Assembly (NCBI GenBank): GCA_963788655.1
Contig: CAWBHS010000088.1
Span: 224,001-288,000, forward strand
Source: an uncultured Verrucomicrobiae bacterium
Lineage (GTDB): Bacteria > Verrucomicrobiota > Verrucomicrobiia > Limisphaerales > JAFGQR01
Direction: 5' to 3'
Length of the DNA stretch: 64,000 nucleotides
Position numbers and translations under genes: made by a program. Positions 48,893-58,317 of the stretch are shown here, in pieces (positions within the stretch are counted from its first letter, which is position 1; the number at the start of each line of letters is the position of its first letter). The notes under the pieces were generated by a model. That model saw only the letters and a program-made list of their open reading frames with translations, made no database searches and had not been told where the DNA came from.

Positions 48893-49561
48893 CTAGATGT
48901 AGTACATCGCGGGTTCGCGATCCTGGTTGACGTTCACGGGCGTGGTGCGTCGCTCCGTCGCGAGAGAAGCCCCGGAGTCAACGGACGACGCCGCCGTGCC
49001 TGCCTCGACGACGCCGGGGTGCTCGCGGATCACGGCGGGAATTCCGACCGCAGTGGCGCATTCGGGGACGTCCTTGACGACGACGGCGTTCGCGCCGATG
49101 CGCGCGTTCGAGCCGATGACGACGGGTCCGAGGACCTTCGCCCCCGCGCCGACGACGACGCGGTCTCCAACGGTCGGGTGACGCTTGCCCGGCGACATGC
49201 TCGTCCCGCCGAGGGTGACGCCGTGGAAGAGCAACACGTCGTCTCCGACGACGGCGGTCTCGCCGATGACGACGCCCATGCCGTGGTCAATGAATACGCG
49301 ACGCCCGATCTGGGCGCCGGGGTGAATCTCGATGCCCGTGCGCGAGCGCGCGTGCTGCGACAGGAGCCGGGCGGGAACGCGAAGGTGGTGGGTCCACATC
49401 CAGTGCGCCGCGCGGTGATACCAGACCGCGTGCACGCCCTGATAGGACCAGACGATGACGAACGTGGAGCGCGCGGCGGGGTCCCGATCGTGCGCCGCGC
49501 GAACGTCCTCGCGCATCCTCGTCACGAGGCCCACGCGTCGGCGTGATGCCTGCTTCGTCAT
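48893..49561 (-). CDS. cysE: Serine O-acetyltransferase
   Basis: [33 protein letters not shown]. Confidence 0.93.
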   Translation of the reverse strand: MTKQASRRRVGLVTRMREDVRAAHDRDPAARSTFVIVWSYQGVHAVWYHRAAHWMWTHHLRVPARLLSQHARSRTGIEIHPGAQIGRRVFIDHGMGVVIGETAVVGDDVLLFHGVTLGGTSMSPGKRHPTVGDRVVVGAGAKVLGPVVIGSNARIGANAVVVKDVPECATAVGIPAVIREHPGVVEAGTAASSVDSGASLATERRTTPVNVNQDREPAMYYI

Positions 49562-49654
49562 GGAAAGCCTCCTCCAGCCGATGATGGGCGGCCCGGGCGA
49601 GTGTAACGCCCGGACCACCCCGTTCCTTCCGTGCCCCCGCGGAAGGACGTCGAA

Positions 49655-50590
49655 TCAGTCCATCAGATCCGCGTACAACACGGACGACAGGTACCGCTCC
49701 CCGAACGAGGGGATGATGACGACGATCGTCTTGCCCTTGTTCTCGGGACGCTTCGCGACGATCGCTGCGGCACTCAGCGCAGCACCAGACGAGATGCCAA
49801 CGAGCAGGCCCTCCTCCTTCGCGGCGGCACGGGCCGTCTCGATCGCCGTTTCCGAATCGACGTCGATGACCTCGTCGTAGATCTCCGTGTTGAGGATCTC
49901 GGGAATGAAGTTCGCGCCGATGCCCTGGATCTTGTGCGGGCCGGGCTCGCCACCGGTGAGGATCGGCGATTCTGCCGGCTCGACGGCGACGATCTGGATC
50001 GACGGCTTCTTCTTCTTGAGCGCCTCGCCCACGCCGGTAATCGTCCCTCCGGTGCCGATGCCCGCGACGACGATGTCCACCTCGCCGTCCGTGTCGTCCC
50101 AGATCTCGACGGCCGTCGTCGTCCGGTGAATCTCCGGGTTGGCCTCGTTCGCGAACTGGCGCGCGAGAATCGCACCCGGACGCTCCTTCGCGATCTTTTC
50201 CGACTCGTCGACCGCTCCCTTCATGCCCGCCGCGCCCGGCGTCAGGATCAGCTCGGCGCCGAACGCCCGGAGAAGAGCGCGACGCTCCTTGGACATCGTG
50301 TCCGGCATCGTGAGGACGACGTTGTAGCCGCGAGCAGCGCCCACGAACGCGAGCGCGATTCCCGTGTTCCCGCTCGTCGCCTCGACGATGGTCCCGCCGG
50401 GCTTGAGCGATCCGTCCTTCTCCGCGGCGTCGATGATCGCGACGCCGATGCGGTCCTTGACCGAGTTCGCGGGGTTGTAGAACTCGAGCTTGGCGAGCAC
50501 GGTCGCACCCGCGCCCTTCGTCAGCTTGTTGATGCGCACGAGCGGGGTGTTCCCCACGAGCTTCGTCGCGTCGTCGTAAATCTTTCCCAT
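49655..50590 (-). CDS. cysK: Cysteine synthase A
   Basis: [38 protein letters not shown]. Confidence 0.96.
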   Translation of the reverse strand: MGKIYDDATKLVGNTPLVRINKLTKGAGATVLAKLEFYNPANSVKDRIGVAIIDAAEKDGSLKPGGTIVEATSGNTGIALAFVGAARGYNVVLTMPDTMSKERRALLRAFGAELILTPGAAGMKGAVDESEKIAKERPGAILARQFANEANPEIHRTTTAVEIWDDTDGEVDIVVAGIGTGGTITGVGEALKKKKPSIQIVAVEPAESPILTGGEPGPHKIQGIGANFIPEILNTEIYDEVIDVDSETAIETARAAAKEEGLLVGISSGAALSAAAIVAKRPENKGKTIVVIIPSFGERYLSSVLYADLMD

Positions 50591-50755
50591 GTCAGTTCCT
50601 TCGTTCAGGCGGGGCGGGCGAGGCCGTCCCGTATTCGTCGGTTCGTGGATCGCGCGACAGCGCGGATGCGTCATCCCGCGAGACGGCGGGGGCGCCGGGG
50701 CGAGCACTGGCGTGGCAGAGGTCTGCCGCGTTCCGCGGGTGCGGGTGCCAGCGCT

Positions 50756-50878
50756 CTACAGACAGCGGCAGCAGCCCTCGCCACAGGCGCAGGTGCACAT
50801 GCGGGGAGCCATAGAACCCATCATGGGGGCAAGGGACGACGTCGTCACGCACGTGACGCGGAGCGTGGTGTCGCTCAT
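50756..50878 (-). CDS. Cys/Met-rich leader peptide (putative attenuator) of cysK-cysE
   Basis: GAGGAGG RBS; MSDTTLRVTCVTTSSLAPMMGSMAPRMCTCACGEGCCRCL*. Confidence 0.8.
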   Translation of the reverse strand: MSDTTLRVTCVTTSSLAPMMGSMAPRMCTCACGEGCCRCL

Positions 50879-51033
50879 GTCCTGCCCTCCTCTTCCGGGT
50901 GGTGCCAGGGTAACGCCGCTCCGCCCGTGACGCAATCGAGACAGTGGTGGTGGCGTTCGTCTCGAATGCGTGCGCGGCGCCCACGTCGCGACTAGGCTCG
51001 GAATATCCGCAACGACGCGGAAAGGAGTTGGCC

Positions 51034-51480
51034 ATGGCCAGTTCGCTGATGTACAAGGAACTCGTCGCGGAGCCCGCCGCGGTACTTGACGGCATCTCCG
51101 ACCTCAAGCGACGCTCCCATATCCTGTCCTCGCTCGTCCATCTCGAGGCGGAACCGAAGACGGAAATCGTCGAAGGCGCCACCTGGCGCGAGACACGCAA
51201 GGTACTCAACGCCACGTTCACGTGCGACGTCGTCGTCTCCAAGGTGACCCCTGGCGTCGGTTTCACGCTAGAGACCGCGCTCGAAGGCGAGACGATTGAC
51301 TTCATCTATCGGGTGAAACCGTCGGCGATGGGCGTCCGGCTCGAGATCGAGATCGTCGAAGCCGAGGCGGTCGGGCTCAACAAGCGCCTGCGCGGACTCA
51401 TCTCGGGCGGGGCGATGCGCATGGCCAAGGACATCGTTGAGCGCGACATCGACGACCTGCGGGCGGCGCTGCGTACGTAG
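51034..51480 (+). CDS. SRPBCC-like protein
   Basis: AAGGAG RBS; GATWRETRK strand pattern, C-terminal helix DIDDLRAAL. Confidence 0.65.
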   Translation: MASSLMYKELVAEPAAVLDGISDLKRRSHILSSLVHLEAEPKTEIVEGATWRETRKVLNATFTCDVVVSKVTPGVGFTLETALEGETIDFIYRVKPSAMGVRLEIEIVEAEAVGLNKRLRGLISGGAMRMAKDIVERDIDDLRAALRT

Positions 51481-51485
51481 CTGGC

Positions 51486-51767
51486 TTACGGCTCGATCGT
51501 GACGCCACGCCAGAACGCGACGTATCGAGCGATCTCGCGCGCCGCGGGTTTGGGCGCGGGTACCGACCATGCTGCGTCGGGGTTGACCTGGCCGTCGACG
51601 ACGACGTCGAAGTACTCGGTGCGGCCCTTCCACGGGCACGTGGTCGCGAGGTCGCTGCGCTTGAGGTACTCCGTGTTGACCGAGTCCGGCGGGAAGTAAT
51701 GGCTGTCTTCCACGACGACGGTCTGGTCGGACTGCGCGATGACCGCGCCGTTCCATGTGGCCCTCAT
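51486..51767 (-). CDS. DUF427 protein
   Basis: MRATWNGAVIAQSD, YFPP, CPWKG, AAW, VAFW. Confidence 0.9.
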   Translation of the reverse strand: MRATWNGAVIAQSDQTVVVEDSHYFPPDSVNTEYLKRSDLATTCPWKGRTEYFDVVVDGQVNPDAAWSVPAPKPAAREIARYVAFWRGVTIEP

Positions 51768-51844
51768 ATCAGTTCTCCTTGACGTCCGGCACGTTGCACA
51801 ATGGAACGCCGTCGCGGGCGTCCCCATTCCGCCTCGTAGGCGAG

Positions 51845-52570
51845 CTACTCGCTGACGCGGATCGGTAGCGTCTTGAGGCGCCGGATGGCGGCGTAGATCG
51901 CGCCCGCCGTCGTCAGGGTGAGGAGGATGAGCGCGGCCGTCATGCCCAGGTCGCTCGTGACGTTCCAATCGGGATACGCCTCGAGCATCTTCTCCGCGGG
52001 GGCGAGCGCCCACTGGCGGATGCTGATGTCCTTGACTCCGGGGATGTATCCGGCGAGCACACCCTCCCAGAGCAGGGCGTAGATGAGGCCGACGATGACG
52101 GGGTTCTTGGTGAGGATCGACATCGCGAAGAACACGGCGGTGTAGGCGATGGCGGCGAGCGCGGTCGCGACCGCGAGTGCGCGGGCGAGCTCGAAGCCCT
52201 GGTCTCCCGCGATCTCCGCGCCTGCCACCACGGCGACGACGCTGAAGACGACGGCGGTGACGAGGGCCACGACGAGCTTCGACAGCGCAATGGTGCGGCG
52301 GGGTAGCGGCTTCGCGAGGAGGTAGACGATGGAGCCGTCCTCGATCTCCGGGGCGATCACGCCTGTGCCGACCAGCAGGCACATCACGGGGATGAGCGTG
52401 CCGAGGCCGAAGTTCTGGATGGTTGCGGCGGACGTGCTGACGTCGGCGCCGGAACCCCAGCGCACCAGGCCGGCAACGGCGAGGAGTAGCGCCGCGATCC
52501 CGATAAGCAGGAACGAGCGCTTGCGTCCGAGGATCGCGCGGAACGCGAGGCGCATCACGACGAGGTTCAT
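51845..52570 (-). CDS. ABC-2 type permease
   Basis: EIEDGSIVYLLAKPL; 6 TM. Confidence 0.85.
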   Translation of the reverse strand: MNLVVMRLAFRAILGRKRSFLLIGIAALLLAVAGLVRWGSGADVSTSAATIQNFGLGTLIPVMCLLVGTGVIAPEIEDGSIVYLLAKPLPRRTIALSKLVVALVTAVVFSVVAVVAGAEIAGDQGFELARALAVATALAAIAYTAVFFAMSILTKNPVIVGLIYALLWEGVLAGYIPGVKDISIRQWALAPAEKMLEAYPDWNVTSDLGMTAALILLTLTTAGAIYAAIRRLKTLPIRVSE

Positions 52571-52592
52571 CGGTTGTCCATTTCCGCCGCGG

Positions 52593-53504
52593 TCACCGCG
52601 ACACCAGGTAGGCGAAGACGCTTTCGAGCGACTCATCCGCGGGGGTTACCTCGTGCAACGGGATTGCCGCCGCCTGGGCGAGACGCGGGAGTGCGTGGAC
52701 GAAGCGTCCGAAGTCGGACGCCTGGACGTGCAGGCCGTCCTTAGTAAGGCTGACGGCGTCGGCCGAGCCGTCCGCGATGATCGCCGCGGCGAGCGCGCGG
52801 TTGTCCCCGGAGACGATCGCGTACTGGTGAGGGCGCTCCGTCATGAGGCGGCGGATGCTGCGGAAGTCGCCGGAGGCGGCTTGGCGGCCAGCGACGACCA
52901 CCTGAATGGTCCCCGCGATGTCCTCCACCTCCTCGAGGATGTGGCTGCTGAACAGCACCGTGCGTCCGTTGGAGCCCAGTCGCTGCAGGAGGTCGAGAAG
53001 GTGCATGCGCTGGCGCGGGTCCATGCCGTTGAAGGGCTCGTCGAGTAGGAGCACCTCGGGGTCGTGTACCAGGGCCGTTGCCATCTTGATCCGCTGCTTC
53101 ATGCCCTTGGAGTACTTGCCAACCTCGCGGTCGCGCGCGTCCATCATGTCGACGGACTCGATGGCGGCGCGCGCCGCTCCAGCGGGGTCGGGCAGCCGGT
53201 GTAGCTGCGCGTTCGCGAGAACGAAGTCCCACCCGGTCATGGTGTCGAACATCGCCTCGGCCTCGGGGACGAGACCGATGCGGCGGTACATCTCCGGGTG
53301 GCGCCAGATCGGCGCGCCGTCGAGCGTCACCGTCCCGGACGACGGCGGGAGGAAGCCGCTCATCATCGACAGGAGCGTGGTCTTTCCTGCGCCGTTGGGT
53401 CCGAGCAGGCCGGTGACGCCGGGGCCGATCGCCATGGTGACGTCGTTGACGGCGACGACGTTGCCGAACCAGCGGGATACGCCGGTGAGTTCCAGGGTGC
53501 TCAC
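52593..53504 (-). CDS. ABC transporter ATP-binding protein
   Basis: GPNGAGKT, YSKGMKQR, LLDEP. Confidence 0.92.
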   Translation of the reverse strand: MSTLELTGVSRWFGNVVAVNDVTMAIGPGVTGLLGPNGAGKTTLLSMMSGFLPPSSGTVTLDGAPIWRHPEMYRRIGLVPEAEAMFDTMTGWDFVLANAQLHRLPDPAGAARAAIESVDMMDARDREVGKYSKGMKQRIKMATALVHDPEVLLLDEPFNGMDPRQRMHLLDLLQRLGSNGRTVLFSSHILEEVEDIAGTIQVVVAGRQAASGDFRSIRRLMTERPHQYAIVSGDNRALAAAIIADGSADAVSLTKDGLHVQASDFGRFVHALPRLAQAAAIPLHEVTPADESLESVFAYLVSR

Positions 53505-54409
53505 GCGCTACCTTCCTTCCTGAGGCGCCGCATGAGTATGCCGAGCGCGGCGGCGACGATGGCGACGAGGGCGAGCGTGAAGATCGTGCCGCCGCCGAGG
53601 CCCTCGGGTCGTACGTCTTGAAGGAAGGACGTGACGCCAAGCCACGAGGCGCCGAGACCATCGATCAGCAGGAACGGGTTGAGGATCGCGAAGTAGGCGC
53701 CCCCCGCAGCATGGCCTTGAATCGACATGACATTGATGAGGATGCTCGTGAACCCGAACGCTAGGACCAAACTTGCCATGATCGCGGCGACGCCGAAGCC
53801 CCTGCGCCGGGTGTACGCCGCGAACGCCATCGAGATCGCCGTGAGCACGATGGACAGCAGCGCGGCCATCAGCAAGGCGCCGAGCCACGTCCAGATCTCG
53901 TGCCACGGGGGCATCTTCGCAAGCAGCGATCCCGCCAGCATGAGGACGAGGGGACCGGCGATGAAGAGGAAGACCGCCGAGGTAAGCCCGAGGAACTTGG
54001 CGAGCGCGTAGTCGCTTCGGACGATCGGCCGCGAGAGGTACAGGGGCATCACCCCGTCGCGCATGTCGCGGGAGATCGCGTAGGGAGCCCTGCCCGCGAC
54101 GAAGAGCGCGACGAGCAACCACTCCGAGATGGCGAGCTGCGTGTACGGCAGGAGGGGCTCGGGGGCCTTCGTGACGATGGTGATCGCCACGAGGATGAGG
54201 GCGACGAGCGCCATGATCCCGGTCAGGATCCATGGCATCGCCTTGACCTTCGGGGGCCGCCCAAGGCCGTACGCGCCGCGCAGGGTCTCGATCATGAGGG
54301 AGCGGAACGCCCACCCGCGTCCGAGCCGCGGACCGTCGTAGTGGCGGAAGCCGATGTCGTGGATGACGCTGCCTTCGGCGTTCACGCTCGGCGTCGTGTC
54401 GTTAGACAT
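53501..54409 (-). CDS. ABC transporter permease
   Basis: IHDIGFRHYDGPRLG, SRDMRDGVMPLYLSRP. Confidence 0.88.
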   Translation of the reverse strand: MSNDTTPSVNAEGSVIHDIGFRHYDGPRLGRGWAFRSLMIETLRGAYGLGRPPKVKAMPWILTGIMALVALILVAITIVTKAPEPLLPYTQLAISEWLLVALFVAGRAPYAISRDMRDGVMPLYLSRPIVRSDYALAKFLGLTSAVFLFIAGPLVLMLAGSLLAKMPPWHEIWTWLGALLMAALLSIVLTAISMAFAAYTRRRGFGVAAIMASLVLAFGFTSILINVMSIQGHAAGGAYFAILNPFLLIDGLGASWLGVTSFLQDVRPEGLGGGTIFTLALVAIVAAALGILMRRLRKEGSA

Positions 54410-55337
54410 GGGCAGCCTCCTCTCCGGTCGGGGCGGTCTCGGATGCGAATATCTCCGAAAGATGGTGGCGTCGAGGCTGGAGTCGAACGAGCCCAACCCC
54501 CATCTCTGCGACGGTCGCGACGATCAACGACGGAACGGCCTCGTCCGTCATCTCGATCGCGAAGGTGCCGGGGCGAGGGCTCTGCGCGACTTGTGCCCCC
54601 CGCTTGGACAGGAGGGCGATGACCTCGGGCGCGCGGTCCGTCACCTCCACGAGGACAGAGCCGCTCAGTTGCGTCGCGTCGGCCGTGGCCGTGGAGCGGC
54701 TGAGTACCCCCGCCTCGATGACGACCAGGTGGTCGGCGATGCGTTCGAGCTCGCCGAGCAGGTGGGAGGTGACCACCACGGAGATTCCGAAGTCGCGGCT
54801 CACTCGGGCGATGAGGCCGAGCATCTCGTCGCGACCGGCGGGGTCGAGGCCGTTGGTGGGTTCGTCGAGGAACACGAGCTTGGGATCGTGGACGAGGGCC
54901 TGCGCGAGCTTGACGCGCTGCTTCATGCCCGTGGAGTACCCGCCGATGGGCCGGTAGCGCTCCTCGTAGAGGCCGACGTGGCGAAGAGTATCGGCGGCGC
55001 GCTCGCGGGCGACGTGGGAGGGGAGTCCGGACATGCGCGCCATGTGAACGAGGAATTCCGTCGCGGAGACATCGAGCGGCAGGCATTCGCTTTCGGGCAT
55101 GTACCCGACGGTCTCGCGAATCTTCAGGCCGTCCGTGAGGCAGTCAAGTCCGAGGATGCTTGCCGTTCCGGAGGTGGGGCGTAAGAGCCCGAGGAGGATC
55201 TTGATGAGCGTCGATTTGCCCGCGCCGTTCGCGCCGACGAGACCGACGACCCCCGTAGGAAGGTCGACGGTGAGGTCGGAGAGTGCGACGACGGGGCCGA
55301 ACGTACGGGTGAGGGAATGGGTGCTGATGATGGCCAC
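54402..55337 (-). CDS. ABC transporter ATP-binding protein
   Basis: GANGAGKS, YSTGMKQR, LDEPTNGLD. Confidence 0.92.
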   Translation of the reverse strand: MAIISTHSLTRTFGPVVALSDLTVDLPTGVVGLVGANGAGKSTLIKILLGLLRPTSGTASILGLDCLTDGLKIRETVGYMPESECLPLDVSATEFLVHMARMSGLPSHVARERAADTLRHVGLYEERYRPIGGYSTGMKQRVKLAQALVHDPKLVFLDEPTNGLDPAGRDEMLGLIARVSRDFGISVVVTSHLLGELERIADHLVVIEAGVLSRSTATADATQLSGSVLVEVTDRAPEVIALLSKRGAQVAQSPRPGTFAIEMTDEAVPSLIVATVAEMGVGLVRLQPRRHHLSEIFASETAPTGEEAAHV

Positions 55338-55371
55338 GTGATCACCGTAGGCGAATCGCCACAGTCCTGCC

Positions 55372-55389
55372 ATAGGGGACTACCCCGAT
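55372..55389. promoter_or_regulatory. Palindrome upstream of the ABC operon
   Basis: ATAGGGG-ACTA-CCCCGAT. Confidence 0.45.
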
Positions 55390-55392
55390 ATT

Positions 55393-55466
55393 TGGAGCGG
55401 GCGACGGGAATCGAACCCGCACCATCAGTTTGGAAGACTGAGGCTCTACCATTGAGCTACGCCCGC
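55393..55466 (-). tRNA. tRNA-Gly (TCC)
   Basis: GCGGGCGTAGCTCAATGGTAGAGC...TTCCAA...GGTTCGATTCCCGTCGCCCGCTCCA cloverleaf with encoded CCA. Confidence 0.96.
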
Positions 55467-55539
55467 GAAGCGCACGGCCCATTGTAGGGGCTTAAGCGGT
55501 CGCGTCGCCCGTACTACAGTGGCGATGCCTGAAAGGCGC

Positions 55540-55613
55540 CGGGGTGTAGCGCAGCTTGGTAGCGCATCCGCTTTGGGAGCGGAAGGCCGCAGGTTCGAAT
55601 CCTGTCACCCCGA
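55540..55613 (+). tRNA. tRNA-Pro (TGG)
   Basis: CGGGGTGTAGCGCAGCTTGGTAGCGC...TTTGGGA...GGTTCGAATCCTGTCACCCCGA; CCA not encoded. Confidence 0.96.
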
Positions 55614-55684
55614 CCGAGAGAGGGAGCCCGCGCGCTCGCGCGCGAGGCGACCGAACGAGGGAGGGGTTGGAGCCGCCGTAGGCG

Positions 55685-55774
55685 GCGAACACCCCGACGG
55701 AGCGATCACCCCGACGAGCAGTCGGTAGCGGAGCGAACACCCCGAGGAGACCTCGCTGAGGGCGAACACGCGAC
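55685..55774 (+). repeat. Four short direct repeats GCGA(A/T)CACCCCGA
   Basis: Copies at ~55685, 55702, 55733, 55762 (last degenerate). Confidence 0.7.
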
Positions 55775-55786
55775 CCGCCCCTCTGG

Positions 55787-55802
55787 ATACCCCAAGGGGT
55801 AT
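55787..55802. promoter_or_regulatory. CsoR-family-type operator
   Basis: ATACCCC-AA-GGGGTAT perfect dyad overlapping TATAGT -10. Confidence 0.8.
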
Positions 55803-55826
55803 AGTGGCGAGCGAAAGGAGACACCC

Positions 55827-56045
55827 ATGTCTTTCGTACGCTTCATGAGCTCCACCGCAGGGCGCGTAGCCCGCGCCGCAATCGGCGTCGTCCTGATCGT
55901 CCTCGGCATCGTCCTCGGAGGTGGCTGGCTCTGGCTGCTCGCCCCTGGCGCGTTCTTCGTCGCCGTCGGCGCCTTCGACGTCTGCGTCTTCGCGCCGCTG
56001 TTCAAGATGCCGCTGTCCGGCAAGAAGGTCCGCGCGAGCGTCTAG
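55827..56045 (+). CDS. DUF2892/YgaP-like membrane protein
   Basis: FMSSTAGRVAR..G, two TM, FDVCVFAPLF; AAGGAG RBS. Confidence 0.8.
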   Translation: MSFVRFMSSTAGRVARAAIGVVLIVLGIVLGGGWLWLLAPGAFFVAVGAFDVCVFAPLFKMPLSGKKVRASV

Positions 56046-57259
56046 GCCTTCGAGCGGCTTTGGGCCGCTCTAGTACCGTGTGTCCGCAGGGCGGCACCCC
56101 AACTGATACGACCGCCGCCCTGCAGATACGCGTTCGCGTAGATGCGACTCGCGACGCGCATGATCCACCAGATCGCTGCCAACGTGAGCGCGACGGAGAC
56201 GGCTATCTCCCAGAACGGAACATCCTCGACCGCGATGCGTACGGGCATGACGACGGGCGTGAAGGCCGGGAACATCGACAGCCACCGCACCCAGGCGTTG
56301 CCCGGATCCCCGATCGCGATCTCGACGATGATGAACGCCGCGACCAGCGGCGGGATGAGCGGCGCCATCGCGAACTGGAGATCCTCCTGGCGCGACACGA
56401 GCGCCCCCGCAGCTGCGAACCCGAGCGAGTACAGCCCGTACCCGAGCACGAACCAAATCAGGCTCGCGGGCATCAGACTCCACGCCCGTTGCGAGATAGG
56501 GCTCGACCCCACGACTTCGTTTGCGGCGAGTCCCGCGGCGATAACGATGGTGAGCTGCGTGAGACCGACGATGCCGATGCCGACGATCTTGCCCGCGAGC
56601 AGGTCGCGCGACCGGACAGCGGACAGCAGCACTTCCGCCGTGCGGGACGACTTCTCCTGAGCGACGCCGGTCGCGATCGCGGACCCGTACGTGAGGAGCA
56701 CCATGTAGAGCAGGGCTCCCGTCACGATCGCCGCGATCGCCTTGCTCTCGTCCACGGCGGGCGGCGGAGCGATGGCGTCTACCGTCAGCGGGACGGGCGT
56801 GAGCGCGTCGGTGACCGTCGATAGGGGGATCCCGGCCGCGTCGAGGGAGTCCTTGAGATGCGCCTGGTTGAGCGTCGTCTCGATCGCGCTCTGGACGTCG
56901 CTGGCGAGATCCTTTTGAACGATGACGGTGGCGGAGGTGCCGTCAAAGGAGACGGCCGCGTCGATCGTTCCGGCCTCGACCGCACGGCGGGCGGCGGCGT
57001 CATCCGCGATCGTCGTAGTGGAGATATCCACCTTGACCGCGGTGCCCGCGGTGGCGAAGTTCGGCGCGAGAGAGTTCGCCTCCGTTCCCACGAGTCCGAG
57101 GGTCGCGGTGTGAGGGCCGGACGACATCGACGCCGGGATGACGGTGAGCGCGACGACCGCCGTCACCATGATCGCCGTCACGACCCACATGGCGCGGCCG
57201 TGGAATCGCTCTTCGATCTCGCGGCGAGCAACGAGCCACAGGGGGCGGAGCGCGTTCAT
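56042..57259 (-). CDS. ABC transporter permease (NatB-like)
   Basis: LVARREIEER, VAQEKSSRTAEVLL, GKIVG. Confidence 0.9.
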   Translation of the reverse strand: MNALRPLWLVARREIEERFHGRAMWVVTAIMVTAVVALTVIPASMSSGPHTATLGLVGTEANSLAPNFATAGTAVKVDISTTTIADDAAARRAVEAGTIDAAVSFDGTSATVIVQKDLASDVQSAIETTLNQAHLKDSLDAAGIPLSTVTDALTPVPLTVDAIAPPPAVDESKAIAAIVTGALLYMVLLTYGSAIATGVAQEKSSRTAEVLLSAVRSRDLLAGKIVGIGIVGLTQLTIVIAAGLAANEVVGSSPISQRAWSLMPASLIWFVLGYGLYSLGFAAAGALVSRQEDLQFAMAPLIPPLVAAFIIVEIAIGDPGNAWVRWLSMFPAFTPVVMPVRIAVEDVPFWEIAVSVALTLAAIWWIMRVASRIYANAYLQGGGRISWGAALRTHGTRAAQSRSKA

Positions 57260-58173
57260 GCGTTCACCATCTCCAAGTACATCTCGGACAGACTCTCGTC
57301 CTCGAAGCCAAAGTGCTGGAGCGCTCCGGCCTTCATCGCGACGTCTAGCACGGATTGCGGAACCGTGCCTTCGTCGAGGACGAAGACGACGCCGTCGTCG
57401 TCCCGCGAGACGACGCTCGCGCCGCGCACCGTGGTTTCCCAGCCCGGCTTCGCATCGACCTCGACGCGCAGCCGGCGCGGGAAGCCTTCCCGTAGTTCGT
57501 CGAGGGTCCCTGCCGCGAGGACGTGTCCGGCGTCGACGATGACGACGCGGTGACACATGCGCTCGACCAGGTCGAGTTGGTGGCTGGAGAACAACACGGC
57601 CGTGCCAGCCTCGGCGCGCGCGGCGAGGGTGCGTCCCAGTTCGTCGACGCCGGCGGGATCGAGGCCAGAGAACGGCTCGTCGAGGACCAGCAGGTCTGGA
57701 TCGTGCACGAGAGTCACCGCGAGTTGAGCGCGCTGCTGATTACCGTGGGACAGTGCGGTGACCTTGTCGCCCTCGCGGTCGGACAGGCCGAGGCGGGATA
57801 GCCACTCCCGCGCCTTGGTGCGGGCGTCCGAACGGGACATCCCGCGTAGCGTTCCGAAGTAGGCGACCTGCTCGAGAAGGTGCATTTGCGGGTAGAGGCC
57901 GCGCTCCTCCGGCATGTAGCCGAATCGGTCCCGATCGGCCGACTTCAGCGGCTCGCCGTCCCAGGTCAGCGTCCCCGCGTCAGGGGTCAGGATGCCCATG
58001 ACCGCGCGCATCGTGGTCGTCTTGCCGGCGCCGTTGCGCCCCACCAGGCCGACGATCTCGCCGCGCCCCACCGTCAAGTCGAGCCCGTCAACCGCCAGCG
58101 TCGTTCCGAAGCGCCGCGTGAAACCCGTGACCTCGAGTCCCTGGCCCGTGCCGCGCGTCGAGGTCCGTGCCAT
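57256..58173 (-). CDS. ABC transporter ATP-binding protein
   Basis: GRNGAGKTT, GYMPEERGLY, LSHGNQQR, LDEPFSGLD. Confidence 0.92.
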   Translation of the reverse strand: MARTSTRGTGQGLEVTGFTRRFGTTLAVDGLDLTVGRGEIVGLVGRNGAGKTTTMRAVMGILTPDAGTLTWDGEPLKSADRDRFGYMPEERGLYPQMHLLEQVAYFGTLRGMSRSDARTKAREWLSRLGLSDREGDKVTALSHGNQQRAQLAVTLVHDPDLLVLDEPFSGLDPAGVDELGRTLAARAEAGTAVLFSSHQLDLVERMCHRVVIVDAGHVLAAGTLDELREGFPRRLRVEVDAKPGWETTVRGASVVSRDDDGVVFVLDEGTVPQSVLDVAMKAGALQHFGFEDESLSEMYLEMVNA

Positions 58174-58317
58174 CGCTCGCCCTCCCGTGTCGCGCCCGCC
58201 GGTGCGGCGGTATTCGGTCCTACGGTAACCCCAAGCCGGGGGTGAGGCCGAGCGCGCGTACCCGGTAGACTCGCGGGGTCCCGCGCTCAGCCGCACGCCA
58301 GTCCACAGGAGTCCGCA

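Noticed and set aside
55685..55774. Possible mini-CRISPR array
   Set aside because: Repeats are only ~13 bp with irregular 3-17 bp gaps, and no cas genes are present
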